DNA of 64,000 nt, taken from contig CAWAKN010000013.1 in assembly GCA_963782625.1 (NCBI GenBank), positions 55,659 to 119,658 on the forward strand. The letters are read 5' to 3'. Shown here piece after piece: positions 18,090-28,919 of the stretch. The DNA comes from an uncultured beta proteobacterium (GTDB lineage: Bacteria > Pseudomonadota > Gammaproteobacteria > Burkholderiales > Casimicrobiaceae). The notes under the pieces are model-generated. The model was not told the origin of the DNA. It made no database searches and saw nothing but the letters and a program-made list of their open reading frames with translations. Position 1 is the stretch's first letter. Each line of letters begins with the position of its first letter. Both the position numbers and the translations under genes were made by a program.

Positions 18090-20266
18090 TCAGTCGGCCG
18101 GGCTCATCGGCTCGACTTCCGCCGCAGCGGGAGCAGGGGCCGGAGCAGGAGCCGGCGAGGCGCTGCCGGCGCCATCTTCTTCCGCCGCCGCCTTCATCGA
18201 CAGGCGCACACGGCCCTTTTCGTCGGCCTCGATGACCTTCACGCGCACGATCTGGCCTTCCTTCAGGTAGTCGGCGACGGCGTTGACGCGCTCCTTCGCG
18301 ATCTGCGAAATGTGCAGCAGGCCGTCCTTGCCGGGCAGCAGCTGCACGATCGCGCCGAAGTCGAGCAGGCGCAGCACCGGGCCTTCGTAGATCCTGCCCA
18401 CCTCGACTTCCGCGGTGATCTGCTCGATGCGCTTGCGCGCGGCGTCGCAGGCGTCGGAATTGACCGACGCGATGGTGACCGTGCCGTCGTCCTTGATGTC
18501 GATCGTGCAGCCCGTTTCCTCGGTCAGCGCGCGGATCACGGCGCCGCCCTTGCCGATGACGTCGCGGATCTTTTCCGGATTGATCTTGAACGTGAACATG
18601 CGCGGCGCGTGCGCGGAGATTTCCGTGCGCGCGTGCGGCAGCGCCTGCTGCATCAGGCCCGAGGATGTGCATGCGGCCTTCGCGCGCCTGCGACAGCGCG
18701 ACCGCCATGATTTCCTTGGTAATGCCCTGGATCTTGATGTCCATCTGCAGCGCCGTGATGCCGCGGTCGGTGCCGGCCACCTTGAAGTCCATGTCGCCCA
18801 GGTGATCCTCGTCGCCCAGGATGTCGGTCAGCACCGCGAAGCGGTTGCCTTCCTTGATGAGTCCCATCGCGATGCCGGCGACGTGCGCCTTGGTCGGCAC
18901 GCCGGCGTCCATCAGCGCGAGGCTGCCGCCGCAGACGGAGGCCATCGACGACGAACCGTTCGACTCGGTGATTTCCGAGACGACGCGCATCGAGTACGAG
19001 AATTCTTCCGCGGCTCGGCAGCACGGCGAGCAGCGCGCGCTTGGCCAGGCGTCCGTGGCCGATTTCGCGGCGCTTGGGCGTGCCCACGCGCCCCGTCTCG
19101 CCGGTGGCGTACGGAGGCATGTTGTAGTGGAGCATGAAGCGGTCGGTGTACTCGCCCATCAGGGCGTCGATGCGCTGCTCGTCGCGCGCGGTGCCCAGCG
19201 TGGCCACCACCAGCGCCTGCGTCTCGCCGCGCGTGAACAGCGCAGAACCGTGCGTGCGCGGCAGCACGCCGGTGCGAATCGAGATCGGCCGCACGGTGCG
19301 CGTGTCGCGCCCGTCGATGCGCGGCTCGCCGGAGAGAATCTGGTGGCGGACGATCTTGGCTTCCAGCTCGAAGATGAAGTCCTTGACCTTGTTGGCGTAG
19401 CCGGGCGCCGCGTCGGCCGGGATGCATTCGGCTTCGACCTTGGCGATGACTTCCTTCAGGCGCTGTTGCCGCGCCTGCTTCTGGCGCAGTTGATAGGCTT
19501 CGCGCAGCAGCGGCTCGGCCAGCGCGCCGACGGACGCCACCATCGCCTCGTCCTTGGCGGCGGGTGCCCAGTCCCACAGCGGCTTGCCGGCCTCTTCGAC
19601 CAGCGCGTGGATCGTCTCGATCACCGCTTGCTGCTGCTGGTGGCCGAAGACCACGGCGCCCAGCATGATTTCCTCCGGAAGCTCATTGGCTTCGGACTCG
19701 ACCATCAGCACGGCGGCTTCGGTGCCGGCGACGACGAGGTTCAGCTGCGACGACAGGAGTTCGGTCTTGGTCGGATTCAGCACGTACTGGCCGTCGACAT
19801 AGGCAACGCGCGCCGCGCCGATGGGGCCGTCGAACGGCAGGCCGGAAATCGCCAACGCCGCGGAGGCGCCGATCATCGCGGCGATGTCCGGATCCACTTC
19901 CGGGTCCACCGACATCACGGTGGCGATTACCTGCACTTCGTTGTAGAAGCCTTCGGGGAACAGCGGACGGATCGGCCGGTCGATGAGGCGGGACGTCAGC
20001 GTTTCCTTTTCCGACGGACGCCCTTCGCGCTTGAAGAACCCGCCCGGGATCTTGCCCGCGGCGTAGGTCTTTTCCTGATAGTCGACGGTCAGCGGAAAGA
20101 AATCCTGGCCGACGCGCGCGCTCTTGGCGCCTTGCGCGGTGACGAGAACCACGGTGTCGCCCAAGCTGACCATGACGGCACCGCCGGCCTGGCGGGCGAT
20201 CTCGCCTGTTTCGAGGGTCAGCGTGTTGGCGCCGTATTGGATCGATTTCTTGACGTGCTTGAACAT
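18090..20266 (-). CDS. pnp: Polyribonucleotide nucleotidyltransferase (apparent frameshifts at ~19010 and ~18658)
   Basis: [42 protein letters not shown] and S1 domains spread over three frames. Confidence 0.96.
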
Positions 20267-20296
20267 GATTGGGTTCCGTAAAACGACTCATTTGCG

Positions 20297-20330
20297 AAAA
20301 AAACGGCCGCGGCTCGAAACGAGCGCGGCC
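20297..20330 (-). terminator. rpsO terminator
   Basis: ggccgcgctcg-ttt-cgagccgcggcc hairpin followed by a T-run on the minus strand. Confidence 0.7.
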
Positions 20331-20389
20331 ATCGCGGGATTATTCGGCGGCGGCTTGCGGCGGGATGAAATCCACGAGGGTCAGCCGGT

Positions 20390-20659
20390 TTACTTGCGCA
20401 AGCCCAGTTTTTCGATCAGCGCGCGGTAGCTGTCGGCGTTGCGCGACTTCAGGTAATCGAGCAGCTTGCGGCGGCGCGAAACCATGCGCAGCAACCCGCG
20501 GCGCGAGTGGTGATCCTTGACGTTGGTCTTAAAGTGATCGGTGAGACCGTTGATGCGTGCGGTGAGGAGCGCGATCTGCACTTCCGGCGAGCCGGTGTCG
20601 CCCTTGCCGCGCTGATTTTCGGCGATGACTTTCGCCTTGTCGTGAACCGTGACGGACAT
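20390..20659 (-). CDS. rpsO: 30S ribosomal protein S15
   Basis: [28 protein letters not shown]. Confidence 0.98.
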   Translation of the reverse strand: MSVTVHDKAKVIAENQRGKGDTGSPEVQIALLTARINGLTDHFKTNVKDHHSRRGLLRMVSRRRKLLDYLKSRNADSYRALIEKLGLRK

Positions 20660-20722
20660 TTCCTTGACCTTCCTTCTTTCTCAGTTTACTTATTCGCTGT
20701 CGCTTGCTTGGCAAAGAGCGGA

Positions 20723-20752
20723 ATTATAGCAGGAAAAACGCTTAGATTTCAA
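20723..20752 (-). promoter_or_regulatory. Sigma70 promoter of rpsO
   Basis: TTGAAA-N18-TATAAT with extended TG on the minus strand. Confidence 0.65.
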
Positions 20753-21681
20753 CCATGTCGACCGCTTGGCATAGGTGCCGACGCGACAACTCGGCGCGGC
20801 TGCGCCACGCCGGCCGTCGTATCGGCGACGCCCAGCAGTTCCTTCCCTGCGAATGCCGCGCACGCGCCTTCGGCAAATCCGGGTGCCGGAACGGCGCCGC
20901 CCTGCCGGAACCGGGCGGCGTCGGCAGCGCCGAGCTGCAGTGGCGGCAGGTCGCGCAGCAGTGTGGCGACGGGCAGGAGCAGGCCGTCGCGGGCTGCGTC
21001 GTCCATCGCTTCCAAGTCCTCGAGCGTGACCGCGGCGTCGATCCCGAATCCGCCGGTGGCGGTCCGACGCAGACCCGCCAGGTGCGCGCCGCAGCCCAAT
21101 GTCCGGCCGATGTCCTCGGCCAGAACGCGCACATAGGTTCCCTTGCTGCACGCGACGTCGAGCACCGCGTCCGGCGCGTTCCACGCAAGCAGCACGAGGT
21201 GCAGGATGTCGATGTCGCGCGGCGGGCGCGGGACGTCGATGCCCGCGCGCGCGTATTCGTACAGGTTGCGTCCCTCGAACTTGAGCGCGGAATGCGCGGG
21301 CGGGATCTGCGTGAGGCGGCCCGTGAAGCCGGCGAGCGCGGATTCGATGTCGGACCGGGCCAGCGCAACCGGGCGAGTTTCGAGGACGTCGCCTTCGGCG
21401 TCTCCGGTCGTCGTCGTGACGCCGAAGCGGACCGTGGCCGTGTAGCGCTTGGTCGCGTCGAGCAGGAATTGCGCGAACTTGGTTGCCTCGCCGAAGCACA
21501 GCGGCAGCAATCCCGAGGCGAGCGGATCGAGCGTTCCGGTGTGTCCGGCCTTTTCGGCATCGTAGGCGCGCCGCGCACGCTGCAGCGCCGCGTTCGAAGA
21601 CAGACCCGAGGGCTTGTCCAGCAGCAGCACGCCGTCGACACGCCGGCGGACGCGCCGGGTGCGCGGCGCTTGCGCGGTCAC
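20749..21681 (-). CDS. truB: tRNA pseudouridine(55) synthase
   Basis: LLLDKPSG, KAGHTGTLDPLA, CSKGTYVR. Confidence 0.96.
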   Translation of the reverse strand: MTAQAPRTRRVRRRVDGVLLLDKPSGLSSNAALQRARRAYDAEKAGHTGTLDPLASGLLPLCFGEATKFAQFLLDATKRYTATVRFGVTTTTGDAEGDVLETRPVALARSDIESALAGFTGRLTQIPPAHSALKFEGRNLYEYARAGIDVPRPPRDIDILHLVLLAWNAPDAVLDVACSKGTYVRVLAEDIGRTLGCGAHLAGLRRTATGGFGIDAAVTLEDLEAMDDAARDGLLLPVATLLRDLPPLQLGAADAARFRQGGAVPAPGFAEGACAAFAGKELLGVADTTAGVAQPRRVVASAPMPSGRHG

Positions 21682-22052
21682 GATCCCGACTCGAGCTTCT
21701 TGTCGGCCTTGATCGCGTCGTCGATCAGCTGCGAGATGCGCATCCCCGACTCGATCGAATCGTCGTAGGCGAAGTGCAGTTGCGGGACCGAATAGAGGTC
21801 CAGCCGGTGCGACAGCGCGCTGCGCAGGAAGCCGGACGTGCGCGCCAGCGCGGCCAGCGTCTCGTCGGCCTTGTCGCGGCCGGCGAGGTGCGTGAAATGC
21901 ACGGTCGCGTGCGACAGGTCCGACGTGACGTCCACGTGCGTCACCGTCACCGGTCCGACGCGCGGGTCCTTGACTTCGTTGCGCAGCAGGTCGGCCAGCT
22001 CCTTCTGGACCTGGTCGCCTACGCGCGTGGCGCGCTGCGAAGTTCTTTTCAC
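21678..22052 (-). CDS. rbfA: Ribosome-binding factor A
   Basis: EVKDPRV, VPQLHFAYDDS; between infB and truB. Confidence 0.96.
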   Translation of the reverse strand: MKRTSQRATRVGDQVQKELADLLRNEVKDPRVGPVTVTHVDVTSDLSHATVHFTHLAGRDKADETLAALARTSGFLRSALSHRLDLYSVPQLHFAYDDSIESGMRISQLIDDAIKADKKLESGS

Positions 22053-22059
22053 GGTTCGG

Positions 22060-24761
22060 TTACAGCGTCCGCGACACTTCCACGATCTCGTAGACCTCGA
22101 GCTGGTCGCCCTTCTCCACGTCGTTGAAGTTCTTCACCGACAGGCCGCACTCGAAGCCCGCCTTCACCTCGCGCACGTCGTCCTTGAAGCGCTTCAGCGA
22201 ATCGAGTTCGCCGTCGTGCACGACGACGTTGTCGCGCAGCACGCGGATCTTGGCGCCGCGCTTGACCGTGCCTTCCAGCACATAGCAACCCGCGACCGTG
22301 CCGACCTTCGAGATCTTGTACACCTCGCGCACCTCGACCAGCCCCAGCCGCTCTTCCTTCTTCTCGGGCGCCAGCATGCCGGACAGCGCGGCCTTCACGT
22401 CGTCGACCGCTTCGTAGATGATGTTGTAGTAGCGGATCTGCACGCCGCTGCCCTCGGCCAGCTTGCGCGCCTGCACGTCCGCGCGCGCGTTGAAGCCGAT
22501 CACGACCGCCTTCGACGCCAGCGCCAGGTTGATGTCGGACTCGGTGATGCCGCCCACGGCCGCATGCACGATGTTGACCTTCACCTCGTCGGTCGACAGC
22601 TTGGAGAGCGCCTGCGACAGCCCTTCGTAGCTACCCTGCACGTCGGCCTTGACGATGAGCTGCAACGTCTTGACCGCGTTCTCGCCCACTTCGCCGAACA
22701 TGTTCTCGAGCTTCGCGGCCTGCTGCTTGGCGAGCTTCACGTCGCGGAACTTGCCCTGCCGGAACAGCGCGATTTCGCGCGCCTTGCGCTCGTCGCCCAG
22801 CACCATCACGTCCTCGCCGGCAAGCGGCACATCCGACAGACCCTGGATTTCCACGGGAATGGCGGGACCGGCTTCGTTCACCGTCTTGCCGGCCTCGTCG
22901 GTCATCGCGCGCACGCGGCCGAATACCGCGCCGGCCAGCAGGATGTCGCCGCGCTTCAGCGTGCCCGATTGCACGAGGATCGTCGCGACCGGGCCGCGGC
23001 CCTTGTCCAGGCGCGCCTCGATGACGATGCCGCGCGCCGGCGCGTCCTTGGCGGCCTTCAACTCCAGCACTTCGGCCTGCAGCAGCAACGCTTCGAGAAG
23101 ACGATCGATGCCGTCGCCCGTCTTGGCCGAGACCTGGATGAACTGCACGTCGCCGCCGTATTCTTCAGGCAGCACCGATTCCGCGACCAGTTCCTGCTTT
23201 ACGCGGTCGGGATTGGCCTCGGGCTTGTCGATCTTGTTGATCGCGACGACCAGCGGCACGTTCGCCGCTTTCGCGTGCGCGATGGCTTCCTTCGTCTGCG
23301 GCATGACGCCGTCGTCGGCGGCCACGACCAGCACGACCATGTCGGTCACCTTGGCGCCGCGCGCGCGCATCGCCGTGAATGCTTCGTGGCCCGGCGTGTC
23401 GAGGAACGTGATGACGCCCTTCGGCGTGGTCACATGGTACGCGCCGATGTGCTGCGTGATGCCGCCCGCCTCGCCGCTGGCGACGCGCGTGCGGCGAATG
23501 GTGTCGAGCAGCGACGTCTTGCCGTGGTCGACGTGACCCATGACCGTGACGACCGGCGGACGCGGCAGCAGTTCCGCGGCGTGATCGCCCTGCGTCTCCG
23601 CGAGCAGCGAATCCGGATCGTCCAGCTTGGCGGGAATGGCCTTGTGGCCCATTTCCTCGACCACGATCATCGCCGTCTCCTGGTCCAGGACCTGGTTGAT
23701 CGTGACCATCGTGCCCATCTTCATCATCGCCTTGATGACTTCGGCCGCCTTCACCGACAGCTTGTGCGCGAGCTCGGCAACCGAGATCGTTTCGGAAATC
23801 GACACCTCGCGCACCACCGGTCCGGTCGGGCCGCCCAGCGCGTCGCCGCCTTCCTCGTCGCGATGACGTCCGCCGACCTTCGGCCCGCGCCATCCGGCGC
23901 CGGACGCGCCGGCGGTATCGCCGCGCAGCTTGAGCGCGCGGCGGCGCGCGGCTTCTTCCTGGAATACCTGGCCGGGCGCCTTCTTGGTCGCACGGTCGCG
24001 CTTTTCCCCCGGCTTGGCCGCCGGACGATGCAACGTGCCTTCCGTTGCAGCCTTGCCCTTCGCAACAGCCGGCTTGGCTGCCGCGGCAGCGTCGGTCGCC
24101 GCCTTGGCGGCTGCAGCTGCAGCGCTGCGGCTTCCGCGGCCACTTTGGCGGCCGCCTCCTCGGCGTCGCGTTCCTTCTTGGTCTTGCGCGCGGATTCGCG
24201 CTGCTGCTTTTCCTTGATCTCGTCCGACTGGCGCTTCTGCAGCGCCTGGCCTTTGCGCTCTTCTTCCTCCCGCGCCGCGATTTCCTCGGGCGACAGCTTG
24301 AGTCCGGGTGACTTGGCTTTCGCGGTCGGCTTGGACGGCGCGTCGGCGATCAGCGGCGCCTGAGCCGGAGCTTCCACGGCGGGCGCCTCGGCGACAACCT
24401 CCGGCGCGACGTCGGCAACAGCCGGCGCTTCCTCGGCGGCGGCGGGCGCGGCCGCCTCTTCGTCACGGCGCACCAGCACGCGCTTCTTGCGCACCTCGAC
24501 CTGGATCGTGCGCGCCTTGCCGGTGGAATCCGCGGCCTTGATTTCCGTGGTCTGCTTGCGCGTCAGCGTGATGCGCTTCTTCGGCTCGGCCGCGGCGCCG
24601 TGCTGCTTGCGCAGATAGTCGAGCAGCCGCGTCTTGTCGACCTCGGTCAGCTTGTCGCCTTCCTTTTTCGCGGACACGCCGGCGGCGGCGAGCTGCTCGA
24701 GCAGCGCGCCGGCGGGCATCTTGAGTTCGGATGCGAATTGTTCGATGGTTGTCTGCGCCAT
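22060..24761 (-). CDS. infB: Translation initiation factor IF-2 (apparent frameshift at ~24115)
   Basis: [34 protein letters not shown]; N-terminal [10 protein letters not shown] in another frame. Confidence 0.97.
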
Positions 24762-24779
24762 GCCGATCTCCTGCGCGAG

Positions 24780-26329
24780 TTACGCGCGTGCTTCGCTGTT
24801 CAGTTGGTGCTCATTTCGCTGCGCTGCTTCCGGCAGTTTCCGCCACGGCTCGGGCTCGAACCAGTGCGCGCGCGCCTTCATGATCAAGTCGATGGCGCGA
24901 TCGTCGGCAATGCCCGTCATCTCCGTCAGTTCGTCGGTCGCGAGATCCGCCAGCGCGTCGCGCGTGGTGATGCCGTTGGACGCGAGCTTGGCGGCGACGT
25001 CGGTGTCCATGCCTTCGAGGGCGAGCAGCGCCTCCTCGACGTGCTCGACCGATTCCTCGCGCTGGATCGCTTCAGTCAGCAGCGCATTGCGGGCGCGGCT
25101 GCGAAGTTCGTTCACCGTGTCTTCGTCGAACGATTCGATCTCCATCATCTCGGTGATCGGCACGTACGCGACTTCCTCCAGCGAAGTAAAGCCCTCCGCG
25201 ATCAGGATGTCGGCCACTTCCTCGTCGACGTCCAGCTTGTCGATGAAGAGCTGGCGCAGGCGACCGGTCTCGACTTCCTGCTTCTGCGCCGATTCCTCGA
25301 CGCTCATCAGGTTCAGCTGCCAGCCCGAAAGCTCGGAGGCGAGGCGCACGTTCTGCCCGCTGCGGCCGATCGCGATGGCGAGGTTTTCCTCGTCGACGAC
25401 GACGTCCATCGCGTGCTTTTCCTCGTCCACCAGGATGCTTTGCACTTCCGCCGGCGCCAGCGCATTGATCACGAACTTCGCCGGGTCCTCCGAGTACAGG
25501 ATGATGTCGACGCGTTCGCCGGCCAGTTCATTGGTCACCGCCGTCACGCGCGAGCCGCGCATGCCGATGCACGTGCCCTTGCGGATCGAGGCGCGGGTCG
25601 TTGGACTTGACCGCGATCTTGGCGCGGATGCCAGGGTCGCGCGCCGCGGCCTTGATCTCGATCAGGCCTTCCTCGATTTCCGGCACTTCCAGTTCGAACA
25701 GGCGCACGAGGAATTCCGGCGCGATGCGCGACAGGATGAGCTGCGGGCCTTTGGCGGTGCGGTCGATCTTCATCACGTAGGCGCGCACGCGATCGCCTAC
25801 GCGCAGCATTTCCTTCTGGATCAGCTGGTCGCGCGGGATGATGCCTTCGATGCGGCCCGACTCGACGATGATGCTGCCGCGCTCGATGCGCTTGACCGTG
25901 CCCGTGAGCAGGTTGTCCTCGCGCTCGAGGAAGTCGTTCAGGATCTGCTCGCGCTCGGCGTCGCGGATCTTCTGCAGGATGACCTGCTTCGCGGCCTGCG
26001 CGCCGATGCGGCCGAACTCGACGGGCTCCAGCGGCTCCTCGATGACGTCGCCCAGCTTAAAGTGCCGGGTCCTTCGCCGCGGCGTCGGTGATCGCGAGCT
26101 GGTGCGCGGGCTCCTCGTGCTCCTCATCGGGCACGACCGTCCAGCGCCGGAACGCATCGTAGTCGCCGGTCTCGCGGTCGATCGACACGCGCGCGTCGAT
26201 CTCTTCCTTGGGGAAGCGCTTCTTCGTCGCCGAAGCCAGCGCGGACTCGAGCGCCACGAAGACGATTTCCTTCGGCACGTTCTTCTCGCGCGCCAGCGCA
26301 TCCACCAGCAGCAGCAGTTCGCGGTTCAT
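24780..26329 (-). CDS. nusA: Transcription factor NusA (apparent frameshifts at ~26062 and ~25580)
   Basis: [64 protein letters not shown]. Confidence 0.96.
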
Positions 26330-26800
26330 TTCGCTTTTCTCCACTCGATCTTCGGCACCAGCCGGCCCCGGTCGATCAGCGCGAACGGAATCGTCCGCAC
26401 GCCGGTTTCGGTTTCCATGAGGACGTTTTCGCCCTTCCGTCCCATGCACGATTCCCCTCAGTATTCCCTTCACCTTGCGCACGCCATCGGTCAACTCGTG
26501 CAGGTGGACCTGCGCTTCTTCGCCGCTGAACCGCGTGTAATCCGCGATCTTGGTCAGCGGCCGGTCCAGTCCCGGCGACGACACTTCAAGGCGCTCGTAG
26601 TCGATGTCTTCCACCGTGAACAGCCGCGTCAGGTGATTGCTCACGCGGGCGCAATCGTCGACATTGATCCCCTCAGTACTACCCTCGGGCTTGTCGATGA
26701 AGACGCGCACCATCCGGCCCCGGGACATCTCCCAGTCGACCAGTTCGTACCCCATCGGGGGCAGCGTGGATGCCAGCAATTCGCCCAGTTTCCCGTTCAT
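26326..26800 (-). CDS. rimP: Ribosome maturation factor RimP (apparent frameshift at ~26445)
   Basis: [26 protein letters not shown]; C-terminal RLVPKI in shifted frame, stop overlaps the nusA ATG. Confidence 0.93.
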
Positions 26801-26865
26801 TCCGGTTTCGGTTCGCGCCGATTTCGCGCGAAATTTCGCCAATTTTCGCTAATTTTCGTTGAGCC

Positions 26866-26893
26866 AAAAAAAAATGAGCTGTGCCCAGCCCAT
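26866..26893 (-). promoter_or_regulatory. rimP leader attenuator (terminator hairpin)
   Basis: atgggctg-ggca-cagctcat followed by a T-run upstream of rimP; extended -10 TGCTATGAT at 26973-26981 further upstream. Confidence 0.7.
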
Positions 26894-27130
26894 CCGTTAC
26901 TTGTCCCGCCGAATGTGTTGTTGGCGCGGACCGTTTCTCGTCCGGCGCTGAAACTCTCTTTTACAGCCTTGAATCATAGCATGTTTTCATCCGGATTTGA
27001 AGTACTTTCCTCACCTGGTTCAGCGCCGGGACGGGCGTCCTCCGCGGCCCCGGATGCGCTCTCGCGAATGCCAGCGGCGGCGCCTTCGAGGCTACACTTG
27101 CGGGAAGCCCTGCCCCGAGGATTTCGCCCC

Positions 27131-28627
27131 ATGCCCGAACCCATGCTGATCGCCAAGCACGGCGACATCGAATGCTTCATTCTTCCCGCCCTTTGCAACC
27201 GCCACGGCCTCATCACCGGCGCCACGGGGACCGGCAAGACAGTCACGCTGCAGGTGCTGTCCGAACGGCTGTCCAGCCTCGGCGTGCCGGTGTTCATGGC
27301 CGACGTCAAGGGCGACCTGGCGGGCCTGAGCCAGCCGGGCAAGACGTCGCCCAAATTCAAGGAACGCCTGTCGCTCCTGGGTGTGCCCGAACCCGCGTTT
27401 GCCGGCTGCCCGACGGTGTTCTGGGACATGTTCGGCGAGCAGGGCCACCCGGTCCGCGCCACCGTCAGCGACCTGGGTCCGCTGTTGCTGGCGCGCATCC
27501 TGGGGCTCAACGACACGCAGGAGGGCGTGCTCACGCTTGCGTTCAAGATCGCCGACGACCGCGGCCTGCTGCTGCTCGACCTGAAGGATCTGCGCGCGCT
27601 GCTGCAGCACGTCGGTGAGAACGCGGCGACATTCCAGACCGATTACGGCAACGTGTCCGCGGCGTCGATCGGCGCGATCCAGCGCGGGCTCCTGGGACTC
27701 GAGCAGCAGGGCGTCGACCGCTTCCTGGGCGAGCCCATGCTGAATGTCGACGACCTGCTGCAGACGGGCGAAGGCGGCAAGGGCAACATCAACATCCTGG
27801 TCGCCGACAAGCTGATGCAGTCGCCGAAGGTGTACTCGACGCTGCTGCTGTGGCTGCTGTCCGAACTGTACGAGCGCCTGCCGGAAGTGGGCGACCCGGA
27901 CAAGCCCAAGCTCGTGTTCTTCTTCGACGAGGCGCATCTGCTGTTCACCGATGCGCCCAAGCCGCTGCTGGAAAAGATCGAGCAGGTGGTCCGCCTGATC
28001 CGCTCCAAGGGCGTCGGCGTGTTCTTCGTCACGCAAAATCCGCTCGACGTTCCCGACACGGTGTTGGGACAGCTCGGCAATCGCGTGCAGCACGCGCTGC
28101 GCGCTTTCACGCCGCGCGACCAGAAGGCGGTGAAGGCGGCCGCCACAACCATGCGCCCGAACCCGAAGTTCGACACGGAAAAGGCAATCCAGGAGGTCGG
28201 CGTCGGCGAGGCCGTGGTGTCCTTCCTCGATGAAAAGGGCCGCCCGGGCATGGTAGAGCGCGTCTACATATTGCCGCCGGGGAGCCGCATCGGCCCGATT
28301 ACTCCGGAGGAACGCAACGCGATCATTGCCGCGTCGCCCGTCGCCGGCGTGTATGAAAAAATGATCGACCGCGAATCGGCCTACGAAAAACTGAAGGGCC
28401 GCGCGGCGACATCCACGGCAGCGCCATCGGCGCCAGCCGGGAGTGACGGAGGCGGTACAATGATGGGGTCGATCAAGGACTCCCTCGGCGGCCTCATGAC
28501 CGGCAGCGGCCGCAAGGACAGCATGATCGAGGCCATGGCGAAAAGCGCCGCTCGCACAATGGGCTCCACCGTCGGGCGCGAAATCATCCGCGGCGTGCTC
28601 GGCTCGCTGATGGGCAAGCGGCGCTGA
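27131..28627 (+). CDS. HerA-like ATPase (DUF853/YjgR family)
   Basis: [49 protein letters not shown]. Confidence 0.92.
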   Translation: MPEPMLIAKHGDIECFILPALCNRHGLITGATGTGKTVTLQVLSERLSSLGVPVFMADVKGDLAGLSQPGKTSPKFKERLSLLGVPEPAFAGCPTVFWDMFGEQGHPVRATVSDLGPLLLARILGLNDTQEGVLTLAFKIADDRGLLLLDLKDLRALLQHVGENAATFQTDYGNVSAASIGAIQRGLLGLEQQGVDRFLGEPMLNVDDLLQTGEGGKGNINILVADKLMQSPKVYSTLLLWLLSELYERLPEVGDPDKPKLVFFFDEAHLLFTDAPKPLLEKIEQVVRLIRSKGVGVFFVTQNPLDVPDTVLGQLGNRVQHALRAFTPRDQKAVKAAATTMRPNPKFDTEKAIQEVGVGEAVVSFLDEKGRPGMVERVYILPPGSRIGPITPEERNAIIAASPVAGVYEKMIDRESAYEKLKGRAATSTAAPSAPAGSDGGGTMMGSIKDSLGGLMTGSGRKDSMIEAMAKSAARTMGSTVGREIIRGVLGSLMGKRR

Positions 28628-28802
28628 CGCCAACGCGTCACTCTTCCGACGCTGAGCGTAACCCCTGGTTTGACTCGCCGCGGAACACGCGGCTCAAATC
28701 GCTTGTTTTTCTGCCGCCTGTCGGCTCGTGGACCGGAGTCGGCATGCGTTTTTTCCCAACCCATTGATTTATCGATGTTTCGCGATTGATGCTTCGGCGT
28801 TG

Positions 28803-28818
28803 GGGCCCGCTTCTTGCT
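28803..28818 (+). promoter_or_regulatory. Possible sigma54 promoter
   Basis: GGGCCCG-cttc-TTGCT has GG-N10-GC spacing, two mismatches to TGGCACG-N4-TTGCW. Confidence 0.3.
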
Positions 28819-28919
28819 ATGCCAGATGCATAGCCGACACTCGTCCGCGTCCATGACGAAGGCATAATGTCGGGATACGCCCTGCTGTCTGCGGACCGAT
28901 CCAAACGGAGTGCTTAGCG

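Noticed and set aside
18653-19015. Programmed frameshifting in pnp, nusA or infB
   Set aside because: No slippery heptamers noted, indels occur throughout the window, and no such recoding is established for these genes
26895-27130. tRNA-Met upstream of rimP, as in enterobacteria
   Set aside because: No cloverleaf, TTCGA loop context or CCA end recognisable
25838-27130. 929-aa ORF extending the HerA-like ATPase upstream
   Set aside because: The extension is antisense to nusA/rimP; the recognisable domain starts at 27131
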